Assembly: GCA_002633005.1 (NCBI GenBank) | Contig: NMRA01000150.1 | Location: 763,486-827,485 of the forward strand | Direction: 5' to 3' | Source: Phoronis australis | Lineage: Eukaryota; Animalia; Phoronida | DNA length: 64,000 bases | Part shown: positions 48,301 through 61,594 of the stretch, piece after piece | Layout: every line of letters starts with the position of its first letter | Numbering within the stretch: position 1 is the stretch's first letter | Program-made: the position numbers and the translations under genes | The notes under the pieces: model-generated | What the model was told of the DNA's origin: nothing | Databases searched by the model: none | What the model saw: only the letters and a program-made list of their open reading frames with translations

Positions 48301-51300
48301 TCTATTCTTGTTTATGTTTAAGTTTAAAGTTGTACTGTAAACAGTGAGTAGACAGAAACAGTACCAACGTCGAGACTTTGCAAAATGACAGAAGGAACTG
48401 TGGACTCATTTAAATGGGTAGATAATTTAGGGCGGTCGAGCAAAGTAGTCAGTCCGTACCTAACCTTTCGCATTGCGCTTATGTTATCGGCCAACGCTCG
48501 TTAGTTTGATCTTTTCAAGCATATTATCTTTAGTGCTGAACTAAATTTAGAGCGGTATCAATCACTGTATGCACTAGGTCTAAAATTCTTGTTGTTGAGA
48601 AAAAGTCGTACTAAATCTGTAATGTGAAAAACCCTTAAGGAACAGCTAGTGGTCAAAATCAAAATCAGTTGTTATGACTACAGTTCCCCTAACTAAAACA
48701 GAAGCTCACCAACTTTTAACAAAACATGTGACGCCAACAAAATTTTATTTTCGGGTTATTACGTTGAACATGATGAGGACTAAATTTAATCTTTCACCAT
48801 TTCAAGTTGTGTTTTGAAGCCCTTTAACGTGGGCGGCGCACCATAGGGAGCTTTTTTCAGTGCTACGCCACACATGGTCTATAGGCGGTGCACCACCAGG
48901 GGGGTTTAAGGGAGCTTTAGCACTTTTTTCAGTGCTGCGCCGCCCATATTTAAAAGGGGAAAGTGTGTACTGTTGACAATTGCTTTTGTACAAAATTGGT
49001 GATGTATGATAACCTGTTGTGGCCCAGTTAATGTAGCCCAAGTTTTGACTAAAGATGAAGTGTAAATAGGGTTGTACCACATATTCCTAGAATGTTCATA
49101 TCTCACTACTCCCAGGAGGTTTTGTTGTTACTACAGTAAATAAGTAAATCTACCGTGTCGAATTGTGTAAATAGGGTTGTACCACATATTCCTAGAATGA
49201 TCATATCTCACTACTCCCAGGAGGTTTTGTTGTTACTACATGAAATAAGTAAATCTACCTTGTCGAATTGTGTAAATAGGGTTGTACCACATATTCCTAG
49301 AATGTTCATATCTCACTACTCCCAGGAGGTTTTGTCGTTACTACAGTAAATAAGTAAATCTACCTTGTAGAATTGTGTAAATAGGGTTGTACCACATATT
49401 CCTAGAATGATCATATCTCACTACTCTCAGGTTTTGTTGTTACTACAGTAAATAAGTAAATCTACCGTGTCGAATTGTGTAAATGGGGTTGTACCACATA
49501 TTCCTAGAATGATCATATCTCACTACTCCCAGGAGGTTTTGTTGTTACTACATGAAATAAGTAAATCTACCTTGTCGAATTGTGTAAATAGGGTTGTACC
49601 ACATATTCCTAGAATGTTCATATGTCACTACTCCCAGGAGGTTTTGTTGTTACTACAGTAAATAAGTAAATCTACCTTGTAGAATTGTGTAAATAGGGTT
49701 GTACCACATATTCCTAGAATGTTCATATCTCACTACTCCCAGGAGGTTTTGTTGTTACTACAGTAAATAAGTAAATCTACCTTGTAGAATTGTGTAAATA
49801 GGGTTGTACCACATATTAATAGAATGTTCATATCTCACTACTCCCAGGAGGTTTTGTCGTTACTACAGTAAATAAGTAAATCTACGAATTGTGTTGGAAT
49901 GTTGTTCTGTTAGTTGTGTTGTCAGTGTTTCACTTTATGTTAACTGGCTGTTTTTGTATCTTTGCAGGATTTTAACAATGTCGAGAGCTATATCGCTTCT
50001 CAAGGTATTTTATTTATTAAACTTTGCCATCATATCCATCCATACTGGTTCAATATTTTTTCAAGTTTGTTAATACACAGTACTTTGAAGTACAGAAAGT
50101 AAAATTTGTGTCAATTTTTGCAACAGAATGATTACCAATATTTTGATCATAGTTTACCCAATGAACGTAGCAAACCTGTCAGTGTGTACCGGGGGGTACA
50201 GTTTTGGCTGTTCCTTTCCTTTAAATATTACTTAGTGTTTATTGTTTATTTTTACTCATTTTACATATTGACTTCATAGGATCCTAATTAGTGGTGAGCT
50301 ATTTACTTTGAATTTAACTGCCTTCAATAGATTGATAATTTATGTGCTTGATGAAGGGTGACAAGGGTTGGTTTTTGCCATTTCTAGGCCCCAATTCTTA
50401 TACTGTGGAGGACTTTATGCGTATGGTTTGGGAGACAAGGTCCAACAGAATTGTGATGTTGACTAATTTGGTGGAGAGTGGAAAGGTTTGTCCAATGTTT
50501 GTTATTTTCAGTGTGTTTCACTTTGATTGTGTACATTTTTCACTAAGCCCTGCTATCCAGTGATTTAAATAAAATCATATTCCCTGTATGTATTCCTACA
50601 GTTTTATTAAACAAAGCTATTTGAAGTGACATTTTTCCACTTACCACTTGAAACTCAGCTTATAAACTTGACAACTCAACCACTTGCCCATCTTACCAGA
50701 GATTACCTATTATATGTTATTTTCCTGTATTCATAATATTGTAATTGTATTAGTCATAATAAATGACCTTATATCGCCTACCTCGGTCTCCTTTTCATCT
50801 CTGGTAATGAGCTTGCGACGCACATATCATTTATCTTTATTCGGGACATATGTCGATCATAAATTAAATGAGCGTGAACTTAGTGCCATCAGTTTTGCCA
50901 TTGCAAGTGGGCTTCATGTGAATTACAAGCCATCTGCTTGTCAACAGGAAAACATTGATGTAAAGAGATTTTCGAAGTGACTTTCTATGTTTAGGTTGCA
51001 TGTGACATGTAAATGCACTCCAAAGTGATATGATATGAATTATTCAATGAATGAAAATAATGATTTGGTTAGTATTACAACTTGCTTAATGTCTCAGCAT
51101 GCTCTTGGTTCCCCCTTTTTGCTACAGGGGGTCTTAAGTGGCTACTTATGTCGCTAAGTGGTCAGGCAAGTGGCTGTTTCGACTAGTTCACCTATAATAA
51201 AAGATTTACATGTATCTAACCTACAGCGCAAATGTGAAAAGTACTGGCCAAATTTGGGGACGACCAAAGCTCACGGTGACATTAGTGTGACTCTCATACA

Positions 51301-54300
51301 GGAAGATGTGTTACCCGATTACACGATCAGGACCTTGTCTTTCACTGTAAGTTATTTTTGCTTGACATTTTCAAGATGACAGAAATTGTCTCCCAGGATC
51401 AGTAATTATCTCCCTTGGTACTTTATTTACTATTAGAGGTGTGTTGCAGCAGCTGCTGTTATCGTATTGTTTTTCGAAAGACAATAACAATGTCAAGTCA
51501 GTTTCTGTTGGGAAATGAGTTCCAGTGTAATCTCTTAACATTAAAGTAGTCTATAGTTGCAATAGAATAGGTTTTTCATTGATCGTGACGATGTTGAGCA
51601 GATGAAATTCATTTGTTACGAACATTTGTTGTGGAGGATAAGAACGTTTCCACCTTCAGCTAAGCGTGTTGGATGGACTTGGTGCATCTCGGTGACCCAG
51701 ATCTAGAATTAGGTCATATACAAGAGGAGCTGCAGTTCATGGTCCTTATTGCATGCTGGGATGTCTGATCTTGATGTAACCAACCTTCTTAACTTGCCGA
51801 GAATACCAGTACTCTTCTCTGGCTAGAACATGGCCATTGTTCACTGTATGGCCAATCAACTTTGTAGTGTTCCTTCATTCTAGTTCCTAGAGAGTGTTTA
51901 GTTCCCCTATGATAGGTGTGGGAGGGGTTCTCTATGTTTAAGTTTCTTCTATGTAGGTGTGATAGGGGTCTTCTATATTTAGTTTCCCCTATTTAGGTGT
52001 TGGAGGGGTCCTCTATGTTTAGCACCCCTATGTTGGTTTGGGAGGGGTCTTCTTTGTAGCTGAGAGAGCTGGTAGACTATGCATGACTTAATTCTTATCG
52101 TTGGGAGTAGGTTCCTTGTATCGTATAGTTGGTCAACACTTCAGCTTGTCAAAGACATGGCATCCTTCTGGGTCTGGAATGATTTTAAAGATTGAGTAAA
52201 TATTTCATTTGTGAAAAATGGATGAAGGTTGATAATAACCATACTCAAACCAGTGTGTTTGATGTGCAATGTCTGCTACATGTGTCTTACTTGGAAAGGA
52301 ATGGGTAATTTTTTTTGAATGTTCTTGTATATTTTGCAGAAATTTGACGAGCTAAGACAAGTTAAGCAATTTCATTTCACTGTATGGCCAGATCATGGTG
52401 TTCCTAAGGTACCTACGTCTCTACTCAACTTCAGACGTAAAGTGCACTTGCAGGATGGCACAAGTGAAGGACCAGTTGTTGTGCACTGCAGGTAAGTTGT
52501 AGAGAAAATACACCTTTGTTTTCAATAACACTGGAAATAAATGTGCAACTTAAGTATGATTTTTCTGGTAGATCTTCTCTATCCTCTCTTGCCATCAATT
52601 AAATTTGGTTTTAATGTGCATGTCATACGGTTTTTAACCACTACAAGACCTGACATTGGCAATACCTGTTCATTTGACTATATGCTGCCAGTAAAATGTT
52701 AACGAATGAACGTCAGTCAAAGTAAATACAATAGACTGGGAGGTTGTAAAATGGCCAGCAGTACTTCTGATCACTAAAATATAAATATTGCCGTAATATG
52801 CTTGTCTGGAAGTGAGTAGCTTTGCTTGATAAAATGTATTGTACACCCACAATGCTTCACTTCAGTCAAGTACTCTTTTCCAACCTGGTAACAACTTTTA
52901 TACATCATATTTATAATACATATATTTTGGGTTCTTATTCTAGTTTGTATTTACGTAGCTATTTTTTGTGACACACTTATGTCCCGTAACATGACCGACC
53001 CGTGACAGGTGTAAATTCACCATCGCTTGAAGGAATTGGTTTCCTGAATATGAACACAATAATAACCCATGGAATTCAGTGGTCTACCATGGGGTGCCTG
53101 CAGTCATGTTGATAATCCCTTGCGATTCTCCAACAACATCGCGAATTATGTGCCTGTTCAGGGCTGCCAGTAAAAGTACTTATCTGTAACAAATGTTATA
53201 GTCTCTGTAATCAGATTACTTGCAAAAAATTAAGTATCGTAGGAATTTTGAATTTTCTTATGAGGTTAGGAAGTGGAGGTTTTGTAAATGTAAATTTGGG
53301 TGTCATCAGAGGGTAAGAATCATGATCTGGTGAATTTTATGATTCTTTAATTAGCTAGTGTCCTATTGTGAGGTGGTAATTGAATATTCGTACTCAGTGT
53401 GCAGGTTTGATAGGATATCCTTACTGTTGTTTGAGATACACTCACAAAATATTGGATGAATACTGAAAATGCATGACTTGTCTTGGTTTTCACTTCCTTC
53501 CTGCTTTAGAATACCATATTTCTGAATAACGTCACCACTGGTTTTTGTAGAGAATATTAGTCAACTAAGACATACATACACAATAAAACCTTGCTGTTCC
53601 AGTTTCCATGCTGTTTGTCAACTGGTCAGACATCCTTTTGCTGCCCCACTCCAGTTCATTTCCCTTTTGTACTGTGCTATGTAGTGAACCTCTTGGCTGC
53701 TTACTATTTAGAAGTAACTTATTAATGAACTTGTCTCCATTTTGTGTCCCTATTCTATTGTCTTGCAGTGCTGGAGTTGGTAGGACAGGGACGTACATTG
53801 CATTGGACTTGTTGCTGGTACAACACAGGGCTGATGATATGGTTGACGTGTTTGGCTGTGTAGAATTCTTACGGAATCAACGGGTCAATATGGTCCAAAC
53901 GCCGGTAACAGCCTTGATGGTTCCTTTGCGTAACTTTCAATTGTCACCAGACGTATCATATGCAATTTAAAGTGTTAGAAATATGGAGGTTTGACACAAT
54001 GTCTGCCAATTTGTGTTGGGTCGAGTTATTTGCTTAGTGAATTCTGTATGTAACCTTGTTTTGAAATGACTCTGACAGTTAACTCAATGTGAGATCAACC
54101 AAAAAATTAGTAGTCTTGACTCCCTTGGTTGTTGATGCAAACATCGTTCTTGTAAGGTAATGACTCATTGTGCTAAAAACTTGGTTCAAGTAAAAAATCT
54201 GCACTGCTTTGTGAGTACTAAACGTTACTAGAAATTCAACTCAAAAATTGACCAATTACTTTGCATGAAATTTAAAAACTTACTCGAAGTTTGTCATGCA

Positions 54301-57300
54301 ATTTATCAGGGTTTTGTTAAAAACATTTAGTTATTTTGTGTTGGTAATGAAGAGGGTTAATTTTTACCAGAGAAGAACACTTACAGAGGACATTACACAT
54401 TAGTGGCTCTGTCAACCCTTCAAAGTTGGGTCAAGCATAAGTATCCCTCATTGTTAAAGGTTTGTATTCAGAGGTGTGAGTCTATTGACCTGTGTAAAGT
54501 TCACCTTAAATGTGACTGTTGCAGAGTCAGTACCATTTCCTACATAATGCTGTGGCAGAGGCCATTAGATGTGGTGAGACAGCAATAGAGTGTGGAAGTG
54601 CCTCGACTACCATACCTGCATTAATGACTAAGAATCAACAAACAGGCAAGAGTACACTGGACTTACAGTTTGAGGTGAGACGAGAGATGTGATGGAAGGT
54701 GTAATGCCATACTGTGTGCCAAAGCGCATGCCCTTTTATCACGTGTCCTCATATTTATCCGTGGATGCATTATGCCGTCATCTCCATCCGTCCGGCATCC
54801 AGCATCCAGCGTCCGTCCGGTGTTCGTTGCTCTATCTCCAAAACCCTTTCACGTATGTCCATGTAATTTTGCACATGTGCTCCTTTCATAGATGCAACGG
54901 CATGAGCAAACTTTCGGACAGGTCCGACTACCGGTGTGCCCCCTAGTGGCAATTTCAATTTTTTTATGTTTACCTCTGTTTCTTCAAATGTCCTCAACAT
55001 ATCTTCATAAAATAAGGCATATAGGGATCTATTAGTGAGATGACACTATCTTCTTGTTTTTGGATAGATTTGACGTATGTTGCGCCACCTAGTGGCCATT
55101 TTTACTGTTTTATTTTTAAAAACGATTTACGATGAAACACGATAACAAAATAATAACAACGCCCTTCTTTTACTTTAACGATATTGACTCTATATTTCGA
55201 CTAACTCTCACGTGACATATGAGCATGCGCAATAGTAAAATACTTATAAAGAGTGGAACATCTGCAAAACGTTAAAACACTCGTGAACACCGTCCGTCCG
55301 GCATCCAGCATCCGGCGTCTGTCCGGTGTCTGCTTCTCTATCTCCAAAACCCTTTCACATATGCCCATGTAATTTTGCACATGTGCTCCTTTCATAGATG
55401 CAACGGCATGAGCAAACTTTCGGACAGTTCCGACCACCGGTGTGCCCCCTAGTAGCAATTTCAATTTTTTATGTTTACCTCTGTTTCTTCAAATGTGCTC
55501 AAACTATCTTCATAAAACTAGGCATATAGGCATCTATTAGTGAGATGACACTATCCTTTTGTTTTTGGATGGATTTGACTTAGTTTGCGCCACCTAGTGG
55601 TCATTTTTACTGTTTTCGAGTCTGGTTTTGGCGTCCACCCCGTTATCAACCAAACTGCTTTAAGTATGATTGTGAAAATTGGCATGTTTGTTCTTACTAT
55701 GAAGAGCATGACTCATGATGATTTTCCGACGACTTCGAATACAGTGGCGCATCCTAGTGGGAATTTGTTTTTTTGCACTCATGGCTGTATCTCCTATATG
55801 TAGTTATATGATGTTGAAAACGGATGACGACCACTGTCGGATGGATCTGCCTGTATCTTTAAGTTCCTCAACGATTTTCATAAAATTTGGAATATGAGAA
55901 TCTATTGGTGAGATGAAGTTATCCTCTTATTTTCGGATAAAATCGAGGTATTTTGCACCGCTTAGTGGCTATTTTTGCTGTTTTTGAGTGTTTTTTGGCA
56001 TGCACCCCTCTGTCAACCAAAACATTCAAAGGATGATTGTGAAAATTGGCTTTCTCAGTGTGAAAAGGACAGTTGGTGATGACAACTTCAACTACTGTGG
56101 CGCCTCCTAGTGGTAGTTTTGTTTTGCGCCCATAGCTTAGCTGTATCTCCTAAACCCCCACAGGTTCTTTATTAAATATAGTAAGTGTATTTATATGAAG
56201 CTAACAGCAGACGACGACGTCTTTCAGGCGGAGCCAAAGAATGCTGTGCCCCCTATTGGCAATTTCATTTTTTCCCATTTTCCTTTGTTTCTCTGAAGTT
56301 CCTTGAATATATTAAAGATACTGTGGCATGTTCCCATTTTCGCTTGGATTGAACGTTTTTGCGCCATCTAGTGGTCATTTTATTTTACAAATAATTCTAG
56401 GAGCACCCCGTTTTTGATGCATTTGTGTGCACATTTCAACGTTCCACATTGCTCTTGTAATACTATAAGTTGCCTAGTTATACTGTGCAGCCAGCTCCAG
56501 TATGAGTTGCCTAGTTATACTGTGCAGCCAACTCCAGTATGAGTTGCCTAGTTATACTGTGCAGCCAACTCCAGTATGAGTTGCCTAGTTATACTGTGCA
56601 GCCAACTCCAGTATGAGTTGCCTAGTTATACTGTGCAGCCAACTCCAGTATGAGTTGCCTAGTTATATTGTGTGCACTCATGTAGCAGATGTACTTGTGT
56701 AAGCCTGGAGTAATGTGTATTCGGGTTTGTTGGCTAAACCTGTTATTTTGATTGCTGTCTAGCAACGTGCTGAATTATGACACTTATAATTGTTGCCATC
56801 AAAATGAAAAGAAGACCTTTTGAATCCTGGTATAGCTGCTGCCAGGCCCCTGCTAACCTGAAACTGCTAAGGGTTGAGTAAAAAATCATACATCATTTTT
56901 GCTCATCTCAGTTGTATTTTTAGTTTTGAAAAAATATGGCACCACAAACTCAGTTTTTTGAAAAACCATAGACCAGAACCAATTATGTTTTTGGCCTTGT
57001 CTTGAGTACTTAAAGCAGGGAATAAAAATATTAAATATTGTTCTACATGATCAATTGAATGCTGATTTGGTTGTAAAGCATGATATAGTCAAAGGGTTGC
57101 ACTTACACATTCAGTTCAACTGTGAAAACTTTGTGGATACTTGCAGTTACTTCAAAAAGTGCGCACACTAGAGGTCTCTGAAGATGATCACCATGATCCC
57201 GATGACCCAATTATAATAGCTGGTCTCATGGACGACAACGTTGACAAGAATAGGGACAAATCTATTTATCCAAGTAAGTGTTCCTGTCCTTCAATGCAGA

Positions 57301-60300
57301 AAGTCAACAACTGTGCTTGCACACGAGGTTCACCATTGCCATATTCATGCAGTAGTTGAAAGTTATGTTGTCCACGTTCAGCTAATAGCTCTTTCTCTAA
57401 TTTTCAAAATTTTTCTCTAAGTGCCCATGATTTTTATGCAATTGTGGCTACAAGATAGGATGGCCACAATGCTTAGAGTGCTACAAATAAGGATGGCCAC
57501 AATGCTTAGAGTGCTACAAATAAGGATGGCCACAATGCTTAGAGTGCTACAAATAAGGATGGCCACAATGCTTAGAATGCTACAAAATAGGATGGCCACA
57601 ATGCTTAGAGTGCATTGTTAGACAGCAAGTAATCGTCAAAAGTTCACTAGTGTAATCCTCACAGTCACAGCACACGGACACACACACACTGATGGACACA
57701 CATGGAGACAGAGAGCCAGACTGACAGTTAGATGTTGGTCTACATTCTCAATAGATGTTGGGTGTATAACCAGACATCAGCGCAAGTGAAGCATTTGAAA
57801 ATTTGGAAGTGAGCATTTCGTCATACTTTTTTCGTTAACTTGGACTGTGGTAGTTGCAGTGGTGTCTGACTTGAGGCATGTTTCTCCAAGAGTATTGACT
57901 TTTGTCTTTAGATAAAGCTCTTAGTCTATACATGGCATGACAGGTTTGTGAAAATCAGGCTAAGGGCTGGAAATCAGAAAATCTGTCTACATTCTGAAGA
58001 CAAGAGAACGAAATCTGTAGTTTTCTTGAACACGCAGAAAACAAAATGTTTTGAGGAGTGCAAAAGACAAAACATTGACTTTTGGTTATTCATAGCCGGA
58101 TTTCTGACTTTTGACAAAAACCAGAAGACAAAAGCCAGCAGGTTGTTAGAGAAACGGGCTCCATAGTGTGATTTTGTTTGAGAAACAGTCTCCATAGTGT
58201 GATTTTGTTATTCTTCAGCTAATGCTAACCGGCCAATTTTGATGACACCAATGAAAGACAGAGGGGACTATATCAATGCTACATTTGTCGGAGTAAGTAT
58301 CTTTTGAAGTTTTATTGGGTTTTGTATCTTCTGTTATCTTTTGCACTTCATATAATTAGACATGTTTTAACATATTAAAATATGTGGATTCATATTGCAG
58401 CCATCTCTGCTGGTGTCCAGGCATCCGCTGCTGTGTCTCCTGACCTGTTTGCAGGATCTTCAAGAGAGTTTGCAGATGTGTTGTATTTTATCTGCTTCAG
58501 TATCTACCAAGCTCCTTGGTGTGTCTTTGTAAAATTTGATACATTTGTTCCCATTGAGAGTAGTGTGGTCGACATTACCTTTCGAAAAATCCCCCAGTGG
58601 TAATTTTGTTTTTTTGTTTCTGCCAGTTCTTTGATAGACCTTCATGAATTTGTTTTATGTGGTCCAGTTAAGAAGGACGTGGCTGGTGCTGATTTGTTGG
58701 ACAAGTCTCACTGCTGTCACATACTTGAGGAAATTAAGATTTTCTTTCTGTATGCTTCAATTTCTACAAAGCTTGCTAGATCTTCATGAAATTTGGCATA
58801 GACAGCTAGTATGAAGGAAAAGGCACCACTTATTCTGTTTCAGAGTGATTCAGCCTTTTTACATCCTGTATTTTTGTTTCTGCTTTTGGTGGGTGCCTCC
58901 CTGCCTGCAAATGTGCTTGAAAATCATCTTAAATGATGGCTGTCATGTACTTATTGAGGAGAACGTAGCTGACATTAATTTTTGGACCATTCTATGGTAG
59001 CGCCTCCTGGTGGATTGCATGTCTGCTGTTGTACATTGGGTGGTTAAGCAGCGTAAACGCATGCAGAAGAATTAAGAAATTAAAACGAGCACATTTCTGT
59101 TACCGGAAAAAACGCACAACCCACGTTGCGCATGCATACTTTAATTTTCAAATGTAAATATCTGGTTACAGGCAAATTGGATAAATAAACTAATAAACTA
59201 AATGAGGAATTCTCCCACATTTCAGGAAGGGTTCAGAGGATGAGGAGCCCAGCTAGGTCACTTTTACTTTGCAGTAATACAGGACACCCTAAATACATCA
59301 GTGTGGTATAACATGCTTCCTTCACATTCAGCCATTGTTCCTTACACTCAACAAAATGTTCAAACATTATGACCACTATATGCTAATCATGAACCTTCTG
59401 TCGTGTTGATAGTTGACCTTCTGACATCTTTATTTTGTCTGGTTTCCAGGACAACGTTATAATGACACAGATGCCATATCCAGATGACATAGTTGACTTT
59501 TGGAGAATGGTCTACGATCATGACGTTGATGTCATTGTCATGCTGAATGAACTGGACAGACATGATAGTGTAAGACATCTTTCATGTTTATTTGGAAGCA
59601 TGGACAGCTGCACAGTTGTGTGTTGTAAATGACAGAAACCATGCGATGGGTCTTGAGTGCTGTTGTTATTGTATGGGTACACTGTAGAGGGCTGTTGTTA
59701 TGGTATGGGTGCAGAATACTATGTTCGAATCAAACCTAAAAACGTCCCTAAAACAGTTCATATTGATTTCACAACTGCTACACCCTGCAAACCGTCTGCT
59801 CTCCACATTACCCACAATGCTTCCCATTCGTTACGTATTTTTCAGTCTTGTTTTTACACCATTGGGTTTCTCATATTGCTGTACTGGTAGCTATAAATAC
59901 AATTTTATGTATTTGTCCGTCTAGAATTAGTGGATGTTCTGAAAAGTTAAAAAAATCAATAACTCCGTGGTTCAGAAATTAAGTGAAATTGATAGCATGC
60001 TCACAGTAAGCTCTAGAAGATCCTTTGGAGAAAAATTTCTGTTTTGCAATTTTTGCTGATTTCTAAAATCACACATTAATGGCACTACACAGTTTTCTGT
60101 CTTATATTTCAGTGTAACTGAATACAGAGTGTTTTAAATTTATTTAGAATGAACAAAATAGAGAAAATAAAAATAGATGTTTATTCAATAGGACAGAGAT
60201 ATGTATATTATTCTTCATTTAATGTGTAAATAATGTTAAACTTTGCTCACTCTAACGTAGCTTTAAAGCTAGCTAACTTGGATTTTTTAGTGTTTATTAC

Positions 60301-61549
60301 TAAAAACAATGTACAGTAATAATAAGAGTTAATCCCAGAATGCATTGTATGTGGGTGTTGCTAAGTTGGATCGCAAGATTAATTTCCACTGATTCAAAAT
60401 GGGTGAAAATACTAACATTCCAGTGTAGAAGAACTTACTGTGTTTAATCAAAATTGGTGAGAAAGGCTTTCTACTGATAAATGTCTTGTTTTATGAGCAA
60501 AATACTTTTTACACATATGAGAATATTGTAAGATTTTTTATTAGATCTCATTTTTGAAGTATTTTCCAGTAATCAAATCTGTAAAATCACTTTTCAGAAA
60601 AGGATTTATTGGATATACCATATTCACCCTGAAAAAGTCATTGTGCGTGGAAGTTGTAGACCACGAGCCTAGACGCTATGTCAGTATTTAGACCTGACTA
60701 TAGACTTCAAAAAGAACGCAGGCACGAATCAAAGACTAATAAAACTTGACCTTTGTTCAGTTAAAAGCATGTGGCAGGAGGCAGTGTGGCCTGGTTGATA
60801 AGTGTCCGCTTTCTTTACTCGAGGTCGTGGGTTCAAGTCCCACCAGGTCACACTGCTAAACCCTTGAGCCAGGTTTCTAGCTCCTCAGCTCGGTTTTAAC
60901 CATATATTAATAAAGCATAAACATGTTTCCAGGTGATCAGTGCAATGGGCCCACATGCGAGGCCTGCGCACGTCTGGTACAACGTGTATCAGACCGCCTG
61001 CAATTATTTTTATATAGCGCGCGCTACAAGTACCAGTCATCGAAGATTAGTCTTCGGGAACTATCTATTCATGAAACGGGTAGCATAGCATTAGCAAGAA
61101 ATAACGGTACTGTACAGGCACTTCTTTCCGAAAGTTTCTAATACCGTAAAAAAGTTTGCATTATTTTTAATGGGGAATTATTAAGTTAATCGTAATTGGT
61201 GTTTTCAAAGTCAAAGTGACTCGCTATGGTGAACGCTTCCGCACACTTACACCCCCCAAATCTCCCGAAAAATAACTGTTAGACTGTCTTGCATCCAGTC
61301 ACCCGGCTACTCAATTCTCGAACATTTTTTAGCGGATGAGATCAACAAGTGCTAAATAAAACACGTGCTTTACTGCTTGTGATAATTTCCTCAGTTAGGA
61401 ATACCTAGATCATTATATCGCGTTTATTCTGGCAAATTAACTCTCATCGGATGACACGCACGTGAACTTCAAAAAACATCACGTGACAACAACATGTGTG
61501 TTCATCCAGAGATTTTTTTTGTGTTGTGGAGTACGATCTAGTGCAGACT

Positions 61550-61594
<45 letters not shown>

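Noticed and set aside
49155-49661. Two near-identical 64-aa ORFs
   Set aside because: They are translations of the 105-bp satellite with no protein signature.
59161-59181. tct ggt tac agg caa (SGYRQ) as the missing D2 micro-exon
   Set aside because: There is no AG acceptor before it and no GT donor after it, so it is probably coincidence.
60780-60860. Possible tRNA gene
   Set aside because: It has A/B boxes but no clean cloverleaf and continues into a body shared with other dispersed copies, so it is a SINE head.
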